A DNA stretch of 64,000 nucleotides from an uncultured Solibacteraceae bacterium (GTDB lineage: Bacteria; Acidobacteriota; Vicinamibacteria; Vicinamibacterales; SCN-69-37): NCBI GenBank assembly GCA_964489685.1, contig CAZAZR010000004.1, positions 2,428 through 66,427 on the forward strand, written 5' to 3'. This document shows positions 1 to 9,186 of the stretch, one piece after another. A program made the position numbers and the translations under genes. Under the pieces are notes generated by a model. The model saw only the letters and a program-made list of their open reading frames with translations, searched no databases and was not told the DNA's origin. Position 1 is the stretch's first letter. Each line of letters starts with the position of its first letter.

Positions 1-30
1 AGCGCAGTGATCGGGATACCCTAAGGACAC

Positions 31-792
31 GTGTCTGATTCATCTCTTGTCTGGGCCGCGGCGCTCGGGCTCTCGGTCGCCGGCAGCATCGGCGGCCTTC
101 TGGTCGCCGGCCTCCTCCTGCTCTTTGGCCCCGAGGTCCGCAACCGTGTGGTGCCATCGCTCGTGTCATACGCGGTTGGCACGCTCCTGGGGGCGGCCGC
201 GCTGGGGTTGATGCCGCAGGCGCTTGAAACCCTGCCACCCCCACGGGCCTTTGCGGCGCTGCTTGGGGGCATTCTTACTTTTTTCATTCTCGAAAAACTT
301 GTCCTGCTGCGCCACTGCCATGACGACGCGGAGTGCAAGGTGCATGAAAGCACTGCGACACTGGTGATCATCGGCGATGCCGTGCATACCTTCGTGGACG
401 GCGTGGCGATTGCGGCCACCACACTGGTGTCAGTGCCATTGGGCATCAGCACCGCGCTTGCGGCCATCGCCCATGAGATTCCGCAGGAGGCCGGCGACTT
501 TGCGATTCTGCTGTCGGCCGGGCACTCGCGCAAGAAGGCGCTGATGCTTAATGCGACATCGGCGATTGGCGGCGTGGCCGGCGCGCTCGCGATGCTGCTG
601 CTGGGATCGGCGATGCCGAACGTCGCGCCCTATGTGCTCGCGTTCGCGGCCGGCAATTTTCTCTATGTGGCGATGGCCGATTTGATCCCGCACCTGCACC
701 GTGGTGAAACCAACAGCCACAGCGTGCGCCAGGTCATCCTCATCGCGCTCGGTCTGCTGACCATCGCACTCGTGGATCAGCTGCTGCACTAA
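31..792 (+). CDS. ZIP family divalent-metal transporter
   Basis: 253-aa ORF with a GTG start. Multiple hydrophobic helices, a His/Cys-rich loop (HCHDDAECKVHE) and the ZIP signature HEIPQEAGDF. Confidence 0.8.
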   Translation: MSDSSLVWAAALGLSVAGSIGGLLVAGLLLLFGPEVRNRVVPSLVSYAVGTLLGAAALGLMPQALETLPPPRAFAALLGGILTFFILEKLVLLRHCHDDAECKVHESTATLVIIGDAVHTFVDGVAIAATTLVSVPLGISTALAAIAHEIPQEAGDFAILLSAGHSRKKALMLNATSAIGGVAGALAMLLLGSAMPNVAPYVLAFAAGNFLYVAMADLIPHLHRGETNSHSVRQVILIALGLLTIALVDQLLH

Positions 793-820
793 GTGCGGTA
801 TTTACACGAGGGTCTTGGCC

Positions 821-1417
821 TTACAGGTCCTTTTCCAGGCGTATCTCGTCGCGCACGGCGATGCCGGCAAAGCCGGGGCGTCCGGCGGCGCGGTTGATGA
901 GCGACCCCGGTGTCATCGACGTGATGCGGTACTGCTGGCGCTGGTAGAAATACAGCGCCGGAAGGTTGTCGTTGGATGTTGCGATCACCGCACGATGCCG
1001 ACCCGCTTCCTTCGCCAGCCGCTCGGCCTCGGTGACGAGGTGGCCGCCCACCCCTGAACGCTGCCACATCGGATCGGTCGCAAGCGCCAGCATATGCAGC
1101 GCATCCTCAGTCAGCCGGTAGGCCAGCGCGCCGGCCAGTTGATCGCCTTTGACCAGGGCCACGAGGGCAGGCATGTCCACAAGAGCGTGTTCGGCATCAA
1201 ACGCGCCCACGCGGGTGGACCCGAAGTCGCGCTGGAACAGATCGAGCACCGCCGGCCGCTCCGCGTCTTCGCACGGGCGCACCACAACCGGAGGCAGTTC
1301 GACGTGGGGCCGGCAGCCACACACCAACTGGAGCCTCGCATCAGCCCAATCCACAAATCGGCCACAACGCGAACATCGCAGCACGGACGGCTTGGCGGAA
1401 AACAGAGACGATGCCAT
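821..1417 (-). CDS. GNAT family N-acetyltransferase with an N-terminal Cys-rich (CxxC...CxC) segment
   Basis: The C-terminal half has a GNAT acetyl-CoA motif region (QRSGVGGHLVTEAERLAKEAG...ALYFYQRQQY). The N-terminus reads CSRCGRF...LVCGC. Confidence 0.7.
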   Translation of the reverse strand: MASSLFSAKPSVLRCSRCGRFVDWADARLQLVCGCRPHVELPPVVVRPCEDAERPAVLDLFQRDFGSTRVGAFDAEHALVDMPALVALVKGDQLAGALAYRLTEDALHMLALATDPMWQRSGVGGHLVTEAERLAKEAGRHRAVIATSNDNLPALYFYQRQQYRITSMTPGSLINRAAGRPGFAGIAVRDEIRLEKDL

Positions 1418-1513
1418 AGCTGGTCAATTTACCACTCTGGACCCACGCCGGTCTAAACGGTTACTTCTCCGGGGGCGTAAGCTAGGCAGACACGACGAGG
1501 CTAGGGGATCCGC

Positions 1514-3571
1514 ATGCACACATCATTCACTTTTCGCGGACTGACCACAGCCGTGGCCGCCACGGTGTTTCTGGCCGTGGGTCACGCCCAACAGGCCGGC
1601 GCGGGACGCGGCGCCCAGCCCGCCCGTGACGCGCAAACCCAACAAGTCACCGGCACCGCCATGATTCTCGGACAGGTCGTCACGGGCGACGGCGGCACAC
1701 CCGTCCGTCGCGCCCAGGTCAACCTCAGCGGTCAGGAACTACGCGGCCAGCGCACCACGTTGACCGACGATGAGGGGCGGTTTGTGTTTACGCTGCTGCC
1801 CGCCGGGCGTTACAACGTGAGCACTTCGAAGGCCGGCTTTGTGAACATCGCCTACGGCGCAAAAGCCCCGGGCCGCGCGGGCACGCCAATCCAACTCGCT
1901 GATGGCCAGAAGCTCGAAGCCAAGGCCATCTCGCTGCCGAGAGGTGGGGTCGTGACGGGCATCGTTCTCGATGAACACGGTGAGCCGGCGCCTGGCACGG
2001 CTGTGCGGGCGATGCGGGAAGTGATTCGCACCGGCGAGAAACGCCTTGAATCTGCCGGCACCGACACCACAGATGACCGTGGGATGTACCGGGTCTACGG
2101 GCTTCAGCCCGGCAAGTACATCGTCTTTGCGCAACCGCGCAATCAGGGCGGCGGAGGCCTGCAGGTCTCAATCGCCAGTGAGATCGAGGCCGCGGTTCAA
2201 CAGATGACGCAGATGCTGGGCGCCGGCGCGGCGGGCCAGGGTGGACGCGGCGGTGGCGCGGCCGGGCAACTGGGCGATTTGATCGGGCAGATGGGCGGCG
2301 GTCGCGGGCAGCAAGCGTTTGATCAGTTGCGACAGCAGCTCAACCCTGAGAGCCAGCCGGCCGCAGCGTACGCGCCGGTCTTTTATCCAGGGTCAACGTC
2401 TCCATCCAGCGCGGCCACGGTCGAGATCACGGCTGGTCAGGAACGCTTCGGCGTGGACTTTCAGTTGCAGCTCACGCAGACCTCCCAGGTGGCCGGTGTC
2501 GTGACTGGGGCCGACGGCATGACACCAACGGGCACACAGATCACGCTGGTGCCGAAAGATACGCTGCCCGGTCTTCCCGGCGGCACGATGACCGCTCGTG
2601 CGAGCCAGGATGGCCAGTTCACGTTCCGTAACGTCATTCCCGGCCAGTACTCGGTGATCGCGCGTGCGCAGATGCGAGTGGTGGATCCCGCGGCACCGGT
2701 GCAGGAAGTTCCGGCCGCCGGGCGCGGCGGGGGACGAGGCGCGGCACGCGGCCAGGGTGGTCCGCCGCCCGAAATTCTGTGGGCCATGGCCGACATTGCC
2801 GTGGACGGCAACGACCAGTCCGGCGTCAACCTGCAGCTTCAGAGAGGCATGACTATCTCTGGACGCATCGCGTTTGATGGCCAGGGTGCGCCGCCGAGTG
2901 ATCTCACACGCCTGCGCGTCAATCTGGTGACCGTCGGTGCGCCGGCCGTGGACTTCGGCAACATCCCTGCCGCCTCGGTGGATGCCAGCGGCCGGTTCAC
3001 CCTGCAGGGTGTGCCGCCGGGGCGATATTCCCTGCGCGGCACCGGTCAGGGTGGCGGCGCGGGTGTGGGTGGCGCGGCCGGAGCTGGTCGCGGAGGCGGC
3101 GCTGGAGCGGCGACCACGCCCCAGGGAACAGCCGCCAATTGGCAACTCGCGTCGGCAATGGCCGGAGGGCGAGACAGCCTCGACTTCCCACTCGTGATCG
3201 GGCCGGGCATGAATATCACCGATGCGGTTGTGACGTTTGCCGACAGGACCACCGAACTCACCGGCACACTGCAGGACGCCGCTGGCGCGGCCACGTCCGA
3301 CTATTCGATCATCGTGTTCCCGTCCGACAAGCAGTATTGGCAGCCGCAGTCGCGGCGCATTGTCTCGGTGCGACCCGGCACTGATGGCCGCTTCACCGCG
3401 CGCAACCTGCCGCCGGGCAGCTACATGATCGTGGCGGTCACGGATGTGGAGCCTGGCGAGTGGTTTGATCCAGACTTCCTCGAACAGCTCGCCGCCGCAG
3501 CCATGCGCGTCACGCTGGCCGAGGGAGAGAAGAAGACCCAGAACCTGCGGATCGCGGGCGGCGGGTATTGA
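1514..3571 (+). CDS. Exported carboxypeptidase-regulatory-like (CarboxypepD_reg) repeat protein
   Basis: Signal peptide, then repeated 'G.V.D..G.P..GA.V' beta-sandwich modules (e.g. GQVVTGDGGTPVRRAQV, GIVLDEHGEPAPGTAVRA) and 'PG.Y' motifs. Gly/Arg-rich linkers separate the modules. Confidence 0.75.
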   Translation: MHTSFTFRGLTTAVAATVFLAVGHAQQAGAGRGAQPARDAQTQQVTGTAMILGQVVTGDGGTPVRRAQVNLSGQELRGQRTTLTDDEGRFVFTLLPAGRYNVSTSKAGFVNIAYGAKAPGRAGTPIQLADGQKLEAKAISLPRGGVVTGIVLDEHGEPAPGTAVRAMREVIRTGEKRLESAGTDTTDDRGMYRVYGLQPGKYIVFAQPRNQGGGGLQVSIASEIEAAVQQMTQMLGAGAAGQGGRGGGAAGQLGDLIGQMGGGRGQQAFDQLRQQLNPESQPAAAYAPVFYPGSTSPSSAATVEITAGQERFGVDFQLQLTQTSQVAGVVTGADGMTPTGTQITLVPKDTLPGLPGGTMTARASQDGQFTFRNVIPGQYSVIARAQMRVVDPAAPVQEVPAAGRGGGRGAARGQGGPPPEILWAMADIAVDGNDQSGVNLQLQRGMTISGRIAFDGQGAPPSDLTRLRVNLVTVGAPAVDFGNIPAASVDASGRFTLQGVPPGRYSLRGTGQGGGAGVGGAAGAGRGGGAGAATTPQGTAANWQLASAMAGGRDSLDFPLVIGPGMNITDAVVTFADRTTELTGTLQDAAGAATSDYSIIVFPSDKQYWQPQSRRIVSVRPGTDGRFTARNLPPGSYMIVAVTDVEPGEWFDPDFLEQLAAAAMRVTLAEGEKKTQNLRIAGGGY

Positions 3572-3606
3572 GGAGGCGCTTCAGGTCGAAGGCTATAGTC
3601 GACCTG

Positions 3607-3996
3607 CTACGTCGGTGAGTAACATTCAACGAGTTTGAGCGCTTCCATCCGGTCGAAGTCGGCGTCGCGTGACCAGACCAAGCCGCCGATCTCCGCGGTC
3701 AACCCGGCAATCAGCAGGTCGGTGACGCTGAAGCGGTGCCCCTTGTCGGCGGCGGCGGTAATCCAGTTCTCGATCAGTCGCCAGGTGTCGTCCGACGGAA
3801 CCAACACGGGCAGGCTCGACAGCGCGCGCCTGAATGATGCGCGGTCCTTCTTCGCCAGACCGGCCAGCAGTTCCAGTCGCACGGGCAGCGCCAGCGCCAC
3901 CTCATCGGCGTCGATGAGGGCCCGCAGTGCACGCTGCGACGAGCCGTTCGGGCGTCGCGTGGCGTCCACCCACACCGACGTATCCACCACGATCAT
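3607..3996 (-). CDS. vapC: Type II toxin VapC (PIN-domain ribonuclease)
   Basis: 129 aa. N-terminal MIVVDTSVWVD with conserved acidic residues (D5, E in LELLAG, D in VTDLLIA, D in SRDADF). Overlaps the upstream antitoxin ORF by 4 nt. Confidence 0.85.
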   Translation of the reverse strand: MIVVDTSVWVDATRRPNGSSQRALRALIDADEVALALPVRLELLAGLAKKDRASFRRALSSLPVLVPSDDTWRLIENWITAAADKGHRFSVTDLLIAGLTAEIGGLVWSRDADFDRMEALKLVECYSPT

Positions 3997-4205
3997 CGTC
4001 GTGCCCGATCGCGCCTGCGGAGCGCGCTGGGATCAAACTCGAACGTCACTTTACCCAGAAGCGCCTTGAGGTCCTCGGAGCGACTGCGACGAACGACCTC
4101 TCTGAGCGCGTAGACGACGGTGTCGGTCTTTGATGTGAAGCCGAGCGCCTTCCTGGCTTCGTCGATCAAGGCCTGCGGCAGGATCAAACTAGTGCGCGTG
4201 TGCAT
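3993..4205 (-). CDS. vapB: Type II antitoxin VapB-like
   Basis: 70-aa ORF immediately upstream of the PIN gene, overlapping it by 4 nt. N-terminal 'RTSLILPQALIDEARKALG' is typical of small VapB/DUF2191-type antitoxins. Confidence 0.7.
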   Translation of the reverse strand: MHTRTSLILPQALIDEARKALGFTSKTDTVVYALREVVRRSRSEDLKALLGKVTFEFDPSALRRRDRARR

Positions 4206-4334
4206 ATGAATTAGCCTTGATCATACGTATTAGTACGTCAAGACGTGGGGTCGTCGATGCTGCAATGTGCCGTTGGCCACCAGGTAGCCGGCCTCCACCT
4301 TGCCGCCCAGCCACAGCTTCAACTGTCCTGTCGT

Positions 4335-5237
4335 CTATCTCTGGAGGCCGGTGTGCCGTCTGATCCATTCCGTGAACATGGTCTCTGACAGGGCACCAGA
4401 GGCCAGAGAGATGATCGCGGTCACCACGTCCTCGTCCGTCGCATCAAGCTCGTAGCCGTTGATGTCCAGAAACGTTGCCATGACGAGGAAACCGGTCCGT
4501 TTGTTGCCGTCGCGATAGGGATGCTTCTTCACGAGGCCGAACGCGTAAGCGGCGGCCAGGGAGTAGCGAAGCTCAAGGTCGCCGCGCCGATCCCAGCCCG
4601 TGACATCGACCACAAGAGACCCGCCTTCAATCGACCAGTCCACTTGGTTGTCGCCGGCCAGCAAGTCTACGCGCTTTGTCTGTCCGAGCCAGACGCCATC
4701 GGCGAAACTTGATAGGTACCTGGCTCCAACCCCTCGACCCGGCACAATCCGGCGCAATTGCAAAGACGCCAACGCGACGTCGGCCTTCAGACTGAGGCGT
4801 TTGTTGTACACGCTCACAATGATGTCGGCGGCGGTCCCACAAAGTTCACGGCTGACAGTCGCCAAGACTCCCCCAACGAACGGCAGCGTGATCGAGACCG
4901 CCATCGACTGGTCGGCAACCACGTCCGCCCGAACAGGCGGTCCGACGATACCTCCCTCGTAGACCGGCGATACCAAGTGCTCACCTGCCCTCAGTCCGCT
5001 TCCTACATACACACCATCGGCAACCTGTCTGAGGCTGCCTGTGTTGTCGCTCGCCGTGGAAAACCGTTTCGGCGTCACTAGACGTCGCGTCGTGCGCAGG
5101 ATCAGTTCTCCGCCTGTCGGCGGGGGCGTCAACATAAATCCCTGGCGCAGTTCAGCCGCTGCCGCAGTCCTTGGTGCGAGCATCGGCGCGATGAATCGGA
5201 CAAGGCGACCTGGGCTCGCACTGACCATCAGGCGCAT
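4335..5237 (-). CDS. Doc (death-on-curing)/Fic-motif domain fused to an unknown ~215-aa N-terminal domain
   Basis: The C-terminal ~85 aa carry the Doc-type Fic motif HPYRDGNKRTGF plus following helices. The N-terminal two-thirds have no motif I recognise. GC3 is lower than in flanking genes. The true start is uncertain (M1, M4, M35). Confidence 0.6.
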   Translation of the reverse strand: MRLMVSASPGRLVRFIAPMLAPRTAAAAELRQGFMLTPPPTGGELILRTTRRLVTPKRFSTASDNTGSLRQVADGVYVGSGLRAGEHLVSPVYEGGIVGPPVRADVVADQSMAVSITLPFVGGVLATVSRELCGTAADIIVSVYNKRLSLKADVALASLQLRRIVPGRGVGARYLSSFADGVWLGQTKRVDLLAGDNQVDWSIEGGSLVVDVTGWDRRGDLELRYSLAAAYAFGLVKKHPYRDGNKRTGFLVMATFLDINGYELDATDEDVVTAIISLASGALSETMFTEWIRRHTGLQR

Positions 5238-5285
5238 CTTGCCGGAAGTATTGATCCGCTCGTGGCGTTACGGTCCGAGTAGCCC

Positions 5286-6734
5286 CTACGTCCCGCAGAA
5301 CGTGCGGTAGGGCGTGCCGGCGTCGCCGGGCGCACTGAACTTCGCGGCACGGTCATCCGGATCAAACGGAGACCCGAGTTCGTCGAGCAGGCGTTCCATC
5401 ACCGACAAATCGCCGGCGGCTGTCGCGGCTGTGAGCGCCTCCTCCACCAGATGATTGCGCGGGATGGCAACGGGGTTGTGCTGCCGCATGAGTTCACTGG
5501 CCTCGATGCTCGATTGCGGCTGTCTTGATCGCCGCGCGTCCAGTCTCTGGTGCCACGCGACCAGGTCCGGATCCGGCTGGGCCGAAGGTGTCAGCAGGCT
5601 CGATGTGGTCAGCTTCCGAAAGGTATTGGTGAAGTCGGCGGAGTGGCGCTGCATCCACGCGAGCAGATCGTCACTCAGCGACAGGTCGTCGGGCTCCTGG
5701 GTGAACAGGCCGAGCTTGGACCGCATGCCTTGCAGCCAGCACTGGGCGAAGATAGCGTCGAAGCGGTGGAGCGATTCGGTCGCACGTGCTGCCGCTTTTT
5801 TCTGGTCCGGGTCAAACAGCGGCAGCATCGCTTCGGCCAAGCGCGCCAGGTTCCACAGCGCGATGGACGGCTGGTTGCCGTAGGCATAACGCCCGCCATG
5901 GTCGATCGAGCTGAACACGGTGGCGCGATCGTAGGCGTCCATGAACGCGCACGGTCCGTAGTCAATGGTTTCGCCCGACAGTGTCATGTTGTCGGTGTTC
6001 ATCACGCCATGGACAAAGCCGACCAACTGCCATCTCGCAATGAGCCTCGCCTGACGTTCTATCACGGCATCGAGCAGCGCCATGTGTGGATCGGCGACGT
6101 CAGCGAGTTCCGGATAGTGGCGGGCCCGCGTGTAGTATGCCAGCGCCTCCAGCGCGGCTGGGTCATCGTGCGCGGCGGCCCACTGCATCGTGCCCACCCT
6201 GATGTGGCTGGCCGCGACGCGGGTGAGCACCGCACCGTCAAGTTCCGAGTCGCGGTACACCGGCTCACCGGTGGTCACGACCGCCAGGCTCCGGGTGGTC
6301 GGAATACCGAGCGCGTGCATGGCCTCACTGATGATGTATTCCCGCAGCATGGGCCCGAGCGCGGCACGGCCGTCGCCTCGTCGAGAGAAGCGCGTGGGCC
6401 CCGCGCCTTTGAGCTGCACGTCCACGCGTGCGCCGGATGGCATCATCTGCTCGCCGAGCAGAATGGCCCGGCCATCACCGAGTGCGGTGAAGTGGCCGAA
6501 CTGGTGACCCGCGTACGCCTGCGCGATTGGCCGCGCGCCCTCAGGCAGCACGTTACCTGCGAAGATCCGGGCGCCCTCGGCCCCGTTCAAGGCAGCAGTG
6601 TCGAGGCCAAGGGCGGCCGCAAGAGGCGCGTTGAACACCACCATCTGCGGATCGCGCACGGGTGTGGGTGTCACATCGGACCAGAAGAGCGACGGCAACT
6701 CCGTATAGGTCTGTTCGAGGCGAAAGCCTGTCAT
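5286..6734 (-). CDS. selO: Protein adenylyltransferase SelO (YdiU/UPF0061 family)
   Basis: 482 aa with family hallmarks: N-terminal 'FRLEQTYTELP', AYAGHQFGHF, LGDGRAILLGE, MNTDNM. Confidence 0.9.
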   Translation of the reverse strand: MTGFRLEQTYTELPSLFWSDVTPTPVRDPQMVVFNAPLAAALGLDTAALNGAEGARIFAGNVLPEGARPIAQAYAGHQFGHFTALGDGRAILLGEQMMPSGARVDVQLKGAGPTRFSRRGDGRAALGPMLREYIISEAMHALGIPTTRSLAVVTTGEPVYRDSELDGAVLTRVAASHIRVGTMQWAAAHDDPAALEALAYYTRARHYPELADVADPHMALLDAVIERQARLIARWQLVGFVHGVMNTDNMTLSGETIDYGPCAFMDAYDRATVFSSIDHGGRYAYGNQPSIALWNLARLAEAMLPLFDPDQKKAAARATESLHRFDAIFAQCWLQGMRSKLGLFTQEPDDLSLSDDLLAWMQRHSADFTNTFRKLTTSSLLTPSAQPDPDLVAWHQRLDARRSRQPQSSIEASELMRQHNPVAIPRNHLVEEALTAATAAGDLSVMERLLDELGSPFDPDDRAAKFSAPGDAGTPYRTFCGT

Positions 6735-6759
6735 CGAACGATCATAGCGGTCACAGGTC

Positions 6760-8343
6760 TCAACGGCGGTGCGCCGGTCCGTACAACACGCGGCCCGGCC
6801 GCGCGTCGGTCATCTTCCCGCCCTCGAACGCCACCTGCCCGTTCACGATGACGAGGGTGACGCCTTCGGCATAGCTGTGCGGCTTCTCGAACGTTGCGGT
6901 GTCACGGACGAGTGCGGCGTCGAACACCGCGATGTCCGCCTTCAGGCCGGGCCGCAACACACCTCGATCCAATAGCCCGAGGCGCTGCGCGGGAAACGAC
7001 GACATCTTCTGCACCGCTGTCTCGAGCGGCAGCAACTTCTTGTCTCGCGCGTACAGACCCAGCACACGCACGAACGTGCCGTAGCTGCGCGGATGGGGAT
7101 GGTTGCGGCCGAAGATTGCCACCTCGCCGTCGGAGGCCACCATGGTCGCCGGATGCACGAGGATGCGCTGCAGGTCCTCCTCGCTGATGGCGTGGAAGAT
7201 GCCCTGCGCGCCGCCCTTCTCAACGATCCAGAGAGCGGTCTCTGCCGCGTTTTCCAGCGTCACCGGCAGATTACGACCCAGGGTGATCTCCGCGAGATTC
7301 TTGCCGGCCATCGACGGGTCCCAGGTGTTGCTGGCGACGACCACGTTCTTCGGATCGCCACCGCCCCTCTCGTCGCGGATGATGGCCAGCGTCTCGGCTT
7401 TGATCTTCGCCCGCGTGACGGGGTCGAGCAGCCGCTCCAGCGTGGCCGACCTTCCCCCCTCCTGCGCCCACGCCGGCAGAAGCGCCGCGCTGATACTGGT
7501 GCTCGACGCGGTGTAGGGATACTGGTCAATCGTCGCGTCCACGCCGCGCGCACGCGCGTCATCGATCATCCGCAGGGTCTGGACGGACTGTCCCCAGTAC
7601 TTCATGCCCACCACCTTGTGATGTGTGGCCTGCGTGGGTAATCCGCCCTGCTCGCCGATGGTGATGTTCTCGCGCACACTGTCGAGTACGCCTTTGGCCT
7701 CGTCGCGCATGTGCGAAATGTAGATACCGCCCATGCGGCCGGCGACCTTGGCGAGTTCCACCACTTCCGAGGTCGGCGTAAACGTGCCCGGCACGTAGAA
7801 CAGGCCGGCACTGAGTCCGAACGCGCCGTCCTCCATCCCTTGCCGCACCAGGCCTCGCATGCGCTCCACCTCGTCTGGCGTAGCCGCGCGATTCACGGAG
7901 CCCACCACCTGGCTGCGGATCGACCCCTGGCCAATGAAGCTGGCCATGTTCGGCGTGATGCGCGTGGCCGCAAGTTTCGCGAGAAACGGCCCCAACGGTA
8001 CGTCCGAACTCCCGTCCGGCCCTTCCACCAGCGTCGTCACACCCTGGCGCACGTAGTTGTCGGCGGTGGGCAGCTCAAAGATGCCCCGGCGCGCATGCGT
8101 GTGAATATCGATGAAGCCCGGGGCCACGACCATCCCGGTCACGTCCACCACACGACCCGCCGTGTCGGTTATGGATGGCGCGATGCGAACGATGGTGTCG
8201 CCCTTGATGGCGATGTCGGCGGTGTACCAGGGAGCGCCGGTGCCGTCGATGATGCGGCCACCGCGCAAGACAAGGTCGACAGCCGGTGTCTGGGCCGTGG
8301 TGAGGACCGGGAGCAGGAGCACGATCGGCAGCAGTCGTCGCAT
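6760..8343 (-). CDS. N-acyl-D-amino-acid deacylase (D-aminoacylase) family amidohydrolase, exported
   Basis: Start trimmed to the internal ATG at 8343 (MRRLLPIVLLLPVL signal peptide). 'DLVLRGGRIIDGTGAPWYTADIAIKGDTIVRI' and 'APGFIDIHTH' are typical of the family. The upstream 76 codons of the track ORF overlap the next gene. Confidence 0.8.
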   Translation of the reverse strand: MRRLLPIVLLLPVLTTAQTPAVDLVLRGGRIIDGTGAPWYTADIAIKGDTIVRIAPSITDTAGRVVDVTGMVVAPGFIDIHTHARRGIFELPTADNYVRQGVTTLVEGPDGSSDVPLGPFLAKLAATRITPNMASFIGQGSIRSQVVGSVNRAATPDEVERMRGLVRQGMEDGAFGLSAGLFYVPGTFTPTSEVVELAKVAGRMGGIYISHMRDEAKGVLDSVRENITIGEQGGLPTQATHHKVVGMKYWGQSVQTLRMIDDARARGVDATIDQYPYTASSTSISAALLPAWAQEGGRSATLERLLDPVTRAKIKAETLAIIRDERGGGDPKNVVVASNTWDPSMAGKNLAEITLGRNLPVTLENAAETALWIVEKGGAQGIFHAISEEDLQRILVHPATMVASDGEVAIFGRNHPHPRSYGTFVRVLGLYARDKKLLPLETAVQKMSSFPAQRLGLLDRGVLRPGLKADIAVFDAALVRDTATFEKPHSYAEGVTLVIVNGQVAFEGGKMTDARPGRVLYGPAHRR

Positions 8344-8375
8344 GCCGCGCAGTATAGGCCTGGTTGGCTTTCCGG

Positions 8376-9173
8376 TTACGTGGTGAATGTTTTCAGCCGC
8401 GCGCGTCCACGGCGAATGGTAAACCAAATCAGCAGGATGAGCAGGACCACAGCAGCAGCAAACGCGCCGGCAAACAGCGACACCGTGCGATAGAGGATGG
8501 ACTCTGTTTCTGTCCTTGCCTCCATGACGACAGGCGTGCCGATCAGCCGATCGCTCAGGCGTTGCTCCCACGTGAGGATGTTGCCGCGCTCGAGTTCGCC
8601 TTCCGAGCCGTCTTCAAGCCGCCGCACGTTGTGCCACGTCACGCGGCTCGCCAGGTGGAGCTTGAACGCCACCAGTTCGCTCCCGTTCCAGTTCTGCCCG
8701 GCCGGCGGTTTCCCTGTGGCTGCGCCGACCGTCTGCGTGTAGCGAATCTGCTCCGGCGTCACCTCGAACCCATACGCCGACCATGCGAGCGCTCCACAGG
8801 CAGACGCCTTTCGCACATCGGCCAACTCCATCCGCACCTGCACGAACCGTCTTCCGCTGCGGCGCCACGGGCGGCCGACGCGGGCGACCTCGCACCCGGC
8901 AGCCTCAAACACGCGCCGGACATCCTCACTGTTGAACCGAGACGACGAGTCGGGATCGAGCGGAAGGTTGCGCAACGCCACCAGCGCCGGCACCGACGCG
9001 GAAATCACAATCGTGGCTGACCCATCAATCCCGAGATAGGTCTGCTCGTCGTATTCGTACTGCCGGGAGAGTGGATTGGTGCACGACGCCGCCAGCAGGG
9101 CCACCACGGCAAGACTGGCCAGCAGGAGGGACGGCTTCGCGACGCGAACACGCACAGCACGAATGATATACAT
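8376..9173 (-). CDS. Hypothetical lipoprotein with a C-terminal transmembrane anchor
   Basis: Lipobox-like LLAASC after a basic/hydrophobic N-terminus, and a C-terminal hydrophobic helix (LFAGAFAAAVVLLILLIWF). The start is ambiguous (9173, 9188 or 9215). No recognisable family. Confidence 0.5.
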   Translation of the reverse strand: MYIIRAVRVRVAKPSLLLASLAVVALLAASCTNPLSRQYEYDEQTYLGIDGSATIVISASVPALVALRNLPLDPDSSSRFNSEDVRRVFEAAGCEVARVGRPWRRSGRRFVQVRMELADVRKASACGALAWSAYGFEVTPEQIRYTQTVGAATGKPPAGQNWNGSELVAFKLHLASRVTWHNVRRLEDGSEGELERGNILTWEQRLSDRLIGTPVVMEARTETESILYRTVSLFAGAFAAAVVLLILLIWFTIRRGRARLKTFTT

Positions 9174-9186
9174 TCTTCGGACCTTC

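Noticed and set aside
5283-5313. A small hairpin (ccctac...gtaggg with inner ccgca/tgcgg) at the 3' end of selO.
   Set aside because: The stems are short, it lies largely inside the coding sequence, and no U-tract follows. This is not enough to call a terminator.
5550-6851. 433-aa plus-strand ORF. Similar long ORFs include 18550-19680, 19793-20773, 28259-29401, 31214-32380, 33026-34393, 43245-44312, 45222-46199, 47856-49067, 56562-57626 and 59334-60635.
   Set aside because: Each lies antisense to a gene with clear family motifs. Their products are Arg/Pro/Gly/His-rich low-complexity sequences with no recognisable domains. These are typical shadow ORFs of high-GC DNA, where stop codons are rare on the opposite strand.
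8344-8571. The 76-codon N-terminal extension of the D-aminoacylase ORF.
   Set aside because: It overlaps the 3' end of the neighbouring lipoprotein gene. The internal Met at 8343 is followed by a classical signal peptide.
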